Positions 10,565-20,982 of a DNA stretch of 22,025 nt are shown in pieces (position 1 is the stretch's first letter; the number at the start of each line of letters is the position of its first letter). Where the stretch lies: NCBI RefSeq assembly GCF_006345805.1, contig NW_021823575.1, forward strand, positions 1 to 22,025, in the 5' to 3' direction. The stretch comes from Octopus sinensis (Eukaryota). A program made the translations under genes and the position numbers. A model generated the notes under the pieces. The model did no database searches, had not been told where the DNA came from, and saw only the letters and a list, made by a program, of their open reading frames with translations.

Positions 10565-11410
10565 CTTAGATAAACTTAGATATGTTTCGACCAAAGATTG
10601 GTCGCAGGCCAGTCTAACTTAATAGCACACACCTGATAGGATTATTCGAATCCTGTTTAAGTCAAGTTTTGTTCAAGTAGTGAGTTCTTGATGGGTGAGT
10701 TGTATCCAGTTTTGTTCAAGTAGTGAGTTCTTATTGGCTGCGTTGTATCCAATTATGGGTGGCAATCTGGTATTCTTTGAAGGAATCTATCCAGACTCTG
10801 TTTAAAGTTGATGGATCCTTTCCTCTTTGATCTCCCTCGGGACATGTTAAATAGGGCAGGGCCTGTTGAGGAAAGAAATTATGTTGCAGTGTACATGTAT
10901 GTTGTGATCTTGAATTTGGCAGGGGACGTATAGCCCGTGGTCCAAGTCTTGGATGAACCTTGAAGCTAATGTTTAGGTCGTTTGGGCAAAGTTGGCGGTA
11001 TATTTTCCACATCGTACAAATGACGTACCGCTCACGGCGACGCTGGAGGGAGTAAAGTTTCAAGGCTTTAGTTAGTTAAGGCGATCCCAATAATCGAGAG
11101 CAGCCATGCCTTCAATTTGTTTAGTGAGAGCCCTCTGGGGTGACTCAATTCTGGAGATGTTTTGTCTTGTGTGAGGAGACCACAGTGGGCAGCAGTATTC
11201 AAGGTGTGGCCGTACAAAGGAGAAAAAAAAGTGGTATGATGACACCTTGTTCTCTGGACCGGAAAGTTCTTAAGATCCAGGAACTCATCCTACGAGCTAT
11301 ATCGACCTTCTTGTTGATGTGTGCACTCCAACTGAGATCGTCATCAACAATTACACCCAGGTCTCTGATATTGTTAGAGGCTGTGAGCGGTTCCCCTGAA
11401 GGAGTAAACA
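10563..11410 (-). mobile_element. CR1-clade LINE 3' fragment with 3' UTR
   Basis: RDLGVIVDDDLSWSAHI...WILRTFRSRE...LEYCCPLWSP...LYSLQRRRERY, with frameshifts; terminal stem-loop gaccaa/ttggtc and short repeated tail tctaagtt. Confidence 0.9.
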
Positions 11411-11484
11411 TATATGTATATGTTCTTTTCCATCCTTTTCATCCTTACACACACACAACACACAACACACACACACACACACAC

Positions 11485-11536
<52 letters not shown>

Positions 11537-11560
11537 TGTGTGTGTTTGGTGTGTGTGTGT

Positions 11561-11791
11561 GGCGGCGTGCTGGCAGACTCGTTAGCGCGCCGGGCGAAAT
11601 GCTTACCGGTATTTCGTCTGTCGTTACGGTCTGAGTTCAAATTCCGCCGAGGTCGACTTTACCTTTCATCTTTCGGGGTCGATAAATAAAGTACCAGTTT
11701 CGCACTGGTTATCGATGTAATCAACTTAATCTCTTTGTCTGTCCTTGTTTGTCCCCTCTATGTTTAGCCCCTTGTGGGCAATAAAGAAATA
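11561..11791 (+). mobile_element. SINE family B, full copy inside microsatellite
   Basis: Colinear with 7938-8169. Confidence 0.9.
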
Positions 11792-11922
11792 TACATATAT
11801 ACATATATATATATATACATATACATAATATATATATATATATATAATATATTTATATGTATATATATATTATATATAGTTCCTTTTCATCCTATACATA
11901 TATATATATATGATATATTATA

Positions 11923-11959
<37 letters not shown>

Positions 11960-11964
<5 letters not shown>

Positions 11965-12525
11965 GAAATGAAGAAAATGCTGACAAAATAATTTAAGTAA
12001 TTAAGTAATTTAATTAGGTGAAAGTTCTTTTACCGGTTGCGCATTTGTTATGCTTATCAAAAGATTAGAGTTCCTTCTGATAGATTTTTTCCTCTTATCT
12101 GACTTTATATTGGGTTTGCTGTCTCTTATATGTGAAAAAAGAGGCTCCAGGGTTGTTTAAGATTTGCTTGGGTTCGCACCTGAAATTTCTTGTGGACAAT
12201 GGTCAATACAATTTTGATTGGTCATTATGAAGGGGTCACGTGAATGTTTGAATGGAAGTTGGTGTTGGGGTAAGAAAATAGGCTCCAGAGAAGTTAGAAT
12301 TTGGCTAGTGTCGCGCCTAAAATTTCTTATTGGTCATAATAGAAGGTCACGTGAATGTTTAGAATTTTCGAAAATAGCGTTGTTGAAAATTCTTATTGTT
12401 CAGGCTGGTCAGTAGACGTCATGTGGATATTTTAAATAGCTTTTTAGCACGTAGTTAGGGAGTGTATTTTCCGCTTGACTGAATTTGAGCTGGATAAGTA
12501 AGTTCGTTTAGGACAGGAAGAGCTA
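11960..12525 (-). mobile_element. Probable Penelope-like terminal (pseudo-LTR) region
   Basis: Decayed minimal HHR-like motif at 12025-12066 (minus), abuts (TA)n, close to a PLE ORF fragment; no protein evidence. Confidence 0.35.
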
Positions 12526-12764
12526 TATGTATGTATGTGTGCACGCGCGCGCGCGTGTGTGTTTGTGTGTGTTTATATGTATGTTGGGGCGCGCGCGCGT
12601 GTATATATGTGTGCGTGTGTGGGTCCAATTTTCAATATTTATAGTTCTGCTGGCCTTGTGCCTGTATCGGGAAGCAACGTGTTTGTGTGAAGTCAATATT
12701 TACAGTCATTTCCAAAAAACAGTGTTGGATGTTTTGCACCCGTATCCAATTATGTGTATGTGTG

Positions 12765-13020
12765 GAACCATACAACTTACTCTCCAAAGGTCTGAAATTC
12801 ACACCAACCCCCCCACGTCCAAACTACTACGAAATGAAGGAAGACATTATAGAATTTTGTAGAAAATTGCGACTTAGTGAGGAACTATTCGACCAGCACA
12901 ATGAGGATGAGTCACTAGCTAGAAATAAAAGCAACTACACCCCACCAAAAGGTAGAAATAAAATCCTAGACGAATTCTGTGAGCACATTACAAACTTCCC
13001 CTACCAACACTTACACAAAC
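12765..13020 (+). mobile_element. Penelope-like element ORF fragment (region N-terminal to RT)
   Basis: LLSKGLKFTPTP...DIIEFCRKLRLSEELF...KSNYTPPKGRN, a characteristic PLE N-terminal motif. Confidence 0.8.
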
Positions 13021-13042
13021 CATATATATATATATATATGCA

Positions 13043-13138
13043 CGACGGGCTTCTTTCAGTTTCCGTCTATCAAATCCACTTGCAAGACTTTGGTCGGCCC
13101 GACGTTATAGTTGAAGGCACTTGCCCAAGGTGCCACGT
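13043..13138 (-). mobile_element. Fragment of SINE family A (CORE-like part)
   Basis: Matches 2040-2135. Confidence 0.85.
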
Positions 13139-13506
13139 CTATGGGTCAGAGTTATATTTTATTTTTTATTCATAGCTGACACGGTTAACAGGTCTTCATT
13201 GGCGGATATGCTGGAGGTCTCTGGTGGTGGCACGAGGGGTCAAGGTGACACGTTGGTGACGTTTAGGTATAGAAATTCAGCGAACGATGAAGGTTGATAT
13301 AAAATGTACAGAAGTAGTCGTTTAAAGGTGACGGCAAGAATGTCTTTGAAGCATAGGGGCCTCTGTGTGATGGACTAAACCGAACTCTTTGGTACAACAT
13401 ATAGCTGCAGTTTCAGCCTGCTAACTTTCAGTAAACTGCTTGAAGCTTCGAAGTTACTGTCACCACTCTTGTATAAGTAACTTCTCTACAAAAAAGTATT
13501 GAATAT

Positions 13507-13708
13507 GCGCAGGAGTGGGTATGTGGTAAGAAGCTTGCTTTCCAACCACATGGTTCTGGGTTCAATCTCACTGTGTGGCACATTGGGCAAGTGTCTTCTA
13601 CTATAGCCTTGGCCGACCAAATCCTTCTGAGAGGATTTGGTAACGGAAACTGAAAGAAGCCCGTCGGTTATATATATATATATATATAAATATATCTATA
13701 TATATTAT

Positions 13709-13739
<31 letters not shown>

Positions 13740-13959
13740 ATATTTATATGTGTGTGTCTTTGTGTCTGTGTTTGTCGCCCCACCTTCGCTTGACAACCGA
13801 TATTGGTGTGTTTATGGTCCCGAAACTTAGCGGTTCGGCAAAAGAGACTAATTGACTAAGTACTAGGCTTACAAAAAATAAGTCATGGGGTCGATTTGTT
13901 CGACTAAAGGCGGTGCCCCAGCATGGCCACAGTCAAATGACTAAAACGTGTAAAAAAAA
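13507..13959 (+). mobile_element. SINE family A, full copy with internal (TA)n
   Basis: gcgcaggagtgggtatgtggtaag..., ggttcaatctc B box, A-rich end; reverse-colinear with 1807-2208. Confidence 0.88.
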
Positions 13960-14007
13960 GTTCCTCCAATTAATGTAAAATAGTTTTTATTGCAATTCGG
14001 CATAAAA

Positions 14008-14222
14008 GGGTGAGGTGGTAGAAACGGTAGCAAGCCAGGCATGATGCTTAGCAGCCTTTTGTCTGTCTTTACGTTCTGAGTTCAAATTCCTCCACGGTCG
14101 ACTTTACCTTTCAAGTTTTCGGAATCGATAAAATAAGTACCTGTTGTGCACTGGGGTCGATGTCCTCGACTTATCCACCCTTTCCGAAATTGCTATCTTT
14201 ATCCCCAACATTGAAACCATTA
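14008..14222 (+). mobile_element. Diverged SINE family B relative
   Basis: tacgttctgagttcaaattcc...ggtcgactttacctttc...aagtacc...gcactggggtcgat. Confidence 0.8.
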
Positions 14223-14970
14223 AGATATAGAATGTGTGTGTGTGTGTGTGGGTGTGGTGGGTGTGTTTGGGTGGGTGTATTAGCAAGAAGAAGAATAGAT
14301 ATATTACGTCTTTATTATTAGTTAACAATCATTTTGGTGCGTTTCTTAAGCTTTTACGCTTGAATGATTTGATACGAAAACGTAAGCAGTATTTGCGGTT
14401 AGTTACATGGGAGTGGCACCACGTAAACTTGGTATCAATAGGTGCGCTCTTACACACACACACACAAACACAAAATATTTTATTATATAATATCGACTGC
14501 ACATACTCTACGTGTTTGCTTGTTCGCCGGTTCGCCGCGGTAGAGCGCCTGGGGAACGACTTCCTCATTGTACTGGATGTTAAAACACCTATAAGTCATA
14601 GTCAGGTGCGAAAACCCGCCTCCGATCGAATTCAGGAGTGAGAGATACAGATATTTTGTCATTTTACTGGTTTATTAATATTATATACTTGAATCGAACT
14701 TGGAATGATCCGAATCGCCAGTCTATGACTATGTATAAATAGTGTGACAACTATCTGCTGGTATGCCACGGCTATGCATGCATACAATTAAATTCATTAA
14801 CGAATTAAAAGCAGCGCTAATGTTGGAAACATCATCGATCACGCATAATCTATATTTTGTTTATTTGCCGGTTCGAAGTAGTTTAGCGCCTGAGAGACGA
14901 TCCCTTCGTTATGCTAGGGGGTAATACATATATATTATATATATACAAACATACATACATACATACATAA

Positions 14971-15220
14971 TACATGCATCCATATATTATCTTCCTTCCT
15001 GGATCTCCTTTTCCTCTGTTTCTGACGAAGAGCTCCGCTCGAAACGTTAAAATCCTCCTTCTTTCTTTCTTTCCTGAGCGTCCAATAACACTATACTTGT
15101 TTCCACGTCCTCACGTTGTTGTGTTTCTCTTTGTGTTTTCATGTTTGGATTAACTTACATAATATATATATATTATATATATTAATATATATATATATAT
15201 ACATACATACCATACATAGC

Positions 15221-15252
<32 letters not shown>

Positions 15253-15508
15253 CACATACATACAAACATACATACATACAACATACATACATACATACAT
15301 ACATACATACATCTACATACATGCATGCATCCATATATATATCCTTCCTTGGATCTTTCCTTTTCTATGTTTCTGACGAAGCTCCGCTCGAAACGTTAAA
15401 TCCTCCTTCTTTCTTTCCTTTCCTGAGCGTCCAATAACACTATACTTGTTTCCACGTCCTTGCGTGTTGTGTTTTTCTTTGTGTTTTCATGTTTGATTAA
15501 CTATACAT
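14971..15508 (+). repeat. Tandem duplication of a ~185-bp unit (14971-15160, 15324-15508) with minimal HHR-like motif; probable PLE terminus
   Basis: Two close copies separated by TA/TACA microsatellite; ctgacga-agagctccgctc-gaaacgtta. Confidence 0.8.
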
Positions 15509-15591
15509 ATATATATATATATACATACATACATACAAACATACATACATACATACATACATATAATACACATACACACGCACGCTCGCAC

Positions 15592-15626
<35 letters not shown>

Positions 15627-15630
15627 CACA

Positions 15631-15668
<38 letters not shown>

Positions 15669-15672
15669 CAAT

Positions 15673-16190
15673 CAAAAATTTTTTTGCCACCCTATATTGA
15701 TTAATTATGAATTTTCTGGTTAATTCCGTAATGGAATCGGCGGCTATATTATTTGCTGCCGATAAATTTGGCGCGAGTGCGATGATTTGAAAATTAAGGT
15801 CAGATATTGCCGAGGCAGGACGGGAATGCCTCGTGAAAATATCTGTTCCGACTTGGCTATTTCTTACTGATGAATCTAAGGGCCTATGGTGGATTGGCTT
15901 GATTTATTTAATCAGGTTAGTTTACCATTAAACCGTAGACGAAACGGTGCATCGCTATAAGAAATTACAGGGTAAATGTTTTTTAATTTTCTCCTGGTTT
16001 ACGGAATTGATGTTATTTGGCGTTAAAGCTTTTGGCTGTTATTTCTAGTGGGTGAATGGCCTATTATGGCCGTTCCTTGATTGTGATGTTGAACTTAAAA
16101 AAGGTCTATGACTATTTAATTTTTTCCCACTAGGCCGCTGGTGGCAACAAAAATTCTACAAAATTTTTTTTTGCCACCCTATATGATTAT
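15673..16190 (+). mobile_element. Terminally redundant, structured, HHR-containing non-coding element (retrozyme-like)
   Basis: Direct repeat aaaattttttt(tt)gccaccctata at both ends, 487 nt apart; many hairpins; microsatellite flanks. Confidence 0.6.
15859..15965 (+). ncRNA. Type I hammerhead ribozyme-like motif
   Basis: Stem I atttctta/taagaaat (8 bp perfect); CUGAUGA 15867-15873; stem II tcta/taga plus 19-bp internal hairpin; GAAA 15941-15944; quasi-palindrome cggtgcatcg; CUA 15955-15957. Confidence 0.7.
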
Positions 16191-16239
16191 TTTATATATA
16201 TTATATATATATATCTATATATATATATATATATATATG

Positions 16240-16440
16240 GCTCAAATTTACAGAAAACAAAACACCAAGAGAAGTGTAGGAACAACAAGCAGGTGTATTA
16301 GTTTAACACTCGGGAAAAATGGAAAAGTCTCCACGTTCGACCTACGCTCTTCGACAGAAAAGATTGAGAGGGAAAAAGGGAAAGAAAAACGGAGAGAGAA
16401 AAATGTGTACAGTTCAACGGTCCCACATGGCTAGATGACT
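16240..16440 (-). repeat. Diverged inverted relative of the 14971-15160 unit
   Basis: Minus strand ttctgtcgaagagcgtaggtcgaacgt...ttcccgagtgt...cttgtt resembles ttctgacgaagagctccgctcgaaacgt...ttcctgagcgt...cttgtt. Confidence 0.55.
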
Positions 16441-16486
16441 GGGAAAAAAGAGGCTGAATGAAAGAGAAATAATAATAATAATAATA

Positions 16487-16552
16487 AGATACACCGGGGA
16501 TGTTTAAGAGATACACCGCGGACGTTTAAGAGATACACCGGGGACGTTTAAG
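16487..16552 (+). repeat. 22-bp tandem repeat x3 (agatacaccggggacgtttaag)
   Basis: Units at 16487, 16509 and 16531; one mismatch each in the first two. Confidence 0.95.
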
Positions 16553-17011
16553 ATGTAAGAACGATAAAACAGAGCTCCGAAATCTATCCACAAACATCGA
16601 AAACAAAGACATCGTATGGAGATGAAAAATAACTGACAAAGGATTGGACTATATCCGAGTAAGTAATACTCATTGAAATTTATTACTATTTCGAAACGAA
16701 ATGATGTATTTAACTCGATATCATCTCCACCTCTAACACAACACATGTAAACATGCGTGAACCTTACGATCCATCAACACCCCGGATCATCCCCGACCCC
16801 AAACATCATGTACAAAAAAAACTACGAAGAAATTAAATACACCGATATTATTCACCAAGAATAACAATCGGGAAGTACGTACTTTAAACTTACAACAAAA
16901 AATGTACGAAAAACTACACGTGCAAAACAATGTGACAACAGAAATGAATGGACCGGTACCCTACAAAAATGACGACCGTCAAAATAATGGGCCGGACGTT
17001 GTATAAAACCC

Positions 17012-20000
17012 AAAAGACACAAATGGACACGTGAGGAATACATTTCTATCTTACACGCATACTTCACAGCAGTGCTCTACCCAAAAAATGAAAGCACAAC
17101 AACACATACATATAAAATATGGAAGGAAAATAACATAAATATAAACTTGGATACAGCAATGAACCCTAATAAACTAGCTAACGTACGAAGATACATTCTC
17201 AACGCAAAAAAAATATCAGAAATAGAAATAGAACATCTAAAAGAAAAAATACATCAGGAAAATGTAGATAGAAGCCACACAACAATGCCCAATAATATAA
17301 ACACTGAAACAGTAAAACACGAAGACAAACGTAACATTCCCAACAAACACGATGTAAACAAAAAACAACAAACCCAGACCGTAAGGATGCATAATAATAC
17401 ACAACAAACAGCAAGCCAAAGCACAACAGACAAGCATACGAATAAGAAAGAAAGCGACACAAATCTAAAACCTAGAAACAACGAAGGGGAGCCTAATGAT
17501 TATGATACTATAAAAAGTAGAATAATCAAAGAACTGAAAAATACAGATCTCAAGATGGACCACCGACCATACCTCCCAAAGATCAAAATAGACGAAACAA
17601 CAACACCAATTATAAACAGCATAAACCTAGCCGTCACGGAACTAATAGCCGCTGAGACAAAAAGCGATATCACTGAGCTAAATGACTTAGTATACGCAGC
17701 AGCCACTGCAGCCACAAAAGAAGCTGGATACTCACTCAAACCCATCCAAACAGAAGTACCACCACCCAAACAAACCCTGTGGATAAATAATATTCAAAAC
17801 AAAATACAAAAAATGAGAAAAGATCTGTCGATTCTTAATGAAATCAGTAGACAATCAACGCTACTGAGCAACAAAAAGAAAACAAAAATACTCCGCAGAT
17901 ACAACATCACAGAAAAAGATTTACCTGAGATAAAAGAAAAGCTAAAGCAAGATAACCATCTTAATTTCCAAATCAAATGAGACAGCAAAACCAGAAAACT
18001 ACAGACCAATAACCTGTTTCCCTACAATGTACAGGGCATTTACTGCAGTGATATCGCAAAGGTTGAACAAGCACCTGGACGAAAACAACCTGTTTCCAGA
18101 AGAGCAGAAAGGATGCCGCTAAGGCTCATATGGCTGTAAAGATCAACTAATGATTAATAAAGCCATAACTGAAGACAGCCGCAGAAAGAAGAAAGGCCTC
18201 AGTAAGGCCTGGATCGACTACAAAAAGGCATTTGATAGCATCTCCCACACATGGATCCTCGAAATACTAGCCATTAACAAAGTAGCACCAACAATTATAA
18301 AATTCATAGGACATTCTATGAATAAATGGCAAACAGTGCTACAGCTCCAAACAAAAGAGGGCCTCATGAAAACCAAAGCCATCCCCATTAGGAGAGAAAT
18401 ATTCCAGGGAGACACGCTCTCTCCACTCCTTTTCTGCTTGGCACTGTCACCTCTATCTGATATGCTAAATAGAACTGGATGCGGATATAAATGTTACGGC
18501 AAAACGATCAGCCACCTTTTATATATGGATGACCTAAACTATACGCTGCAAATGACAAACAGCTGGAAACACTATTAAAGAAACACTATTAAAGACAGTT
18601 CATGGATTTACCAAAGAAATAGATATGAAATTTGGATTAGAAAAATGCGCCAAAGTAACCCTGAAAAGAGGAAAACTAGTTAAGAGTAGCAACATCACAC
18701 TAGATAAAACCAATGAAATAAAATAATTAGACAAAAGCCAAACTTACAAATACTTAGGAATCCATGAACTAGATAAGACACAACACACACAAATGAAAGA
18801 GAAAATAAAAAAAGAATATTATAGACGAGTTAGATCAAAACTAAAAACAGAGCTCAATGCTAAAAACAAGATAATAGGTATCAACACTTTAGCTGTCCCA
18901 GTTATAAGTTACAGCTACAATATCCTTAACTGGACACTAAATGAACTGACCAAAATAGATAGGAAAACAAGAAAAATAATGACAGGATCTAGGATGCATC
19001 ACCCAAAATCTGACATAGAAAGACTATATATACAACGTGTAGAAGGTGGTAGAGGCCTTATACAGTTGGAAAACTACTATAAAATAACCACCATAGGACT
19101 GCAAAAATATCTACTTCAGAAGAAGGAAAACTGATACAAATAGGCAAAAACACGAGCAAAACAAAAAACTGTTCTCAGTATTTAAGGAAGCTGACAAATA
19201 AACAAGAAATCATACCACCTAATAAATATGAAGAAGAAGAAGAAGATGAAGAAAACAACAAAAGCTATAAAACAAATGAATCCAAACTAAAACTAGAACA
19301 GCAAAGAACCATGATGAAACGATGGCAAGAAAAGCCCCTTCATGGTAAATACTGGACTAAACTAAATGCAAAAGAAATAGACAAATAAAAATCCCAGCAA
19401 TGGTTGAGAAGCTCAGGACTCAAAGCAGAGACAGAGGGATTTTTAATTGCAGCACAAGACCAAAGCCTCCCCACCAGAAATTACCAAAAACATGTAATGA
19501 AAAGAAATATAACAAGTAACTGCAGAATATGTGGAGATGGACAAAAAACAATAAATCATATTATCTCTGGCTGCCCAGTCCTGGCTAAGAAGGAATATAT
19601 TCACAGACCCGACAGAGTTGGAACCTACATACATTGGATGCTATGCCAACATTATGGAATAACAACAGAAAAAAGATGGTATAGGCACACACCAGAAAAG
19701 GTCACAGAAAACGAGAAAGCAACCATACTCTGAGATATGCCGATACACACAGATAGAGAAATTAATGCCAACAGACCAGATATAGTTGTCTGAGATCATG
19801 AAGAAAAAAAATGCCTTCTAATTGATGTATCAATACCGGCAGATGACAACGTGTCTCTGAAAGAAATGGAGAAACTTTCAAAATACAAAGACCTGGAAAT
19901 AGAAGTAACCAGAATGTGGAATCTAAAAACAGAAACAATTCCTATCATAGTAGGTGCATTAGGCATGATAAAAAAATATTCAGACAAATACATAACAAAA

Positions 20001-20090
20001 ACACCAAGACTTACAAACACATATAACATACAGAAAATTGCACTACTAGGCACTGCACAACATCCTACGCAAAACACTTTCAATACAATA
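17012..20090 (+). pseudogene. Disrupted RT-RLE polyprotein ORF
   Basis: ORF-track pieces 17072-17980, 18150-18578, 18793-19134, 19404-19733 and 19851-20150 are consecutive parts of one protein broken by stops and frameshifts, e.g. 14-bp duplication gaaacactattaaa near 18566-18593. Confidence 0.9.
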
Positions 20091-20185
20091 ACCATCAGAG
20101 CCACAACAAATCACAGCACAGACCAAGGCACACAGAGCTGCGCTCGGTAGTGAAGTGAAAGCACACTATAAAAATTAAAAATAGT

Positions 20186-20186
20186 G

Positions 20187-20266
<80 letters not shown>

Positions 20267-20304
20267 TGATGATAATGATAATAATAATAATAATAATAAT
20301 AATA

Positions 20305-20339
<35 letters not shown>
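20186..20339. repeat. (TAA)n microsatellite
   Basis: Visible. Confidence 0.95.
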
Positions 20340-20889
20340 GCCCTGATGCAGTACCAGGCAGTGGCTCTCATGGCTTCTGATCTTAACGATTGGAAGTGTT
20401 ATCAGGTACATTTTTTGTCTTGGTATAAAAGATGGGCTACAGCAAAAATATTCTGCTCAATACCACATATTTGCTTGTCAGTTGTTTGACCTTAACCAGT
20501 TGACCATGTCCCTTAGTGGCTGACGATATGTGCATCTCTGACACACGAGAAGTTAGTGGGGAGCATCATAGCCATGTGCTGAAAGGAATTCTTAGAGGCT
20601 TGGACAATTCACCTCTGGAAACATGGGTGGTTCGTTCAACATCCTTAAGCAACCCTTATTCAGGGACCTTTTGAGCAGGATAGGCTACTCGTCCAGAAGA
20701 AAATTCTGTGTCCCACCTGCAAGTCCATGCGCCGTTTATCTTGATGTGGTATCGCCATGTCGCGCACATATGGTTGTGATGCATGTGCCTGGTGTACCCT
20801 TATCAGACAGGTAGTCATGATGGGTATACTGGGCTTCGTATATTTTACCCCAGTGTCACTTGATGGCTTGCACTGCTCTCTCAACTCAA
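20340..20889. mobile_element. Unclassified ~550-bp non-coding insert within (TAA)n
   Basis: Sharp boundaries with TAA repeats on both sides, more balanced composition, no recognisable protein. Confidence 0.5.
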
Positions 20890-20941
20890 TATAATAATAA
20901 GTAATACTAATCATAATAATAATAATAATATACTAATAATC

Positions 20942-20980
<39 letters not shown>

Positions 20981-20982
<2 letters not shown>

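Larger units (their letters stand above)
16487..20185 (+). mobile_element. R4/Dong-like RLE non-LTR retrotransposon, both ends apparently present, internally deleted and disrupted
   Basis: (TAA)n at both ends; N-terminal KRHKWTREE (17012-17038); RT motifs NYRPITC, EEQKGCR, WIDYKKAFDSI, IFQGDTLSPLLF, LYMDDL, YKYLG; CCHC knuckle CRICG...HIISGC; RLE RPDIV...LIDVSIP...EKLSKY. Confidence 0.93.

Noticed and set aside
10570-10605. Minus strand gaccaatctttggtc-gaaac as a hammerhead
   Set aside because: No CUGANGA upstream; better explained as the CR1 3' stem-loop
10665-10751. 43-nt-period duplication (agttttgttcaagtagtgagttctt twice)
   Set aside because: Local duplication within a dead CR1 copy; no sign of function
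11433-11893. 13-bp direct repeat tccttttcatcct flanking microsatellite plus SINE as a TSD
   Set aside because: Not adjacent to the SINE ends and low complexity; ambiguous
16487-16552. 22-bp repeats as a CRISPR array
   Set aside because: Contiguous units with no spacers; eukaryotic retroelement context
17012-20090. Programmed frameshifting or an active element
   Set aside because: Several in-frame stops, a 14-bp duplication and a large deletion; some single-base indels could be sequencing error, but not all lesions
20515-20625. ctgacga (20520) and ctgaaag...gaaac as a hammerhead
   Set aside because: Could not build stems I-III around a complete core
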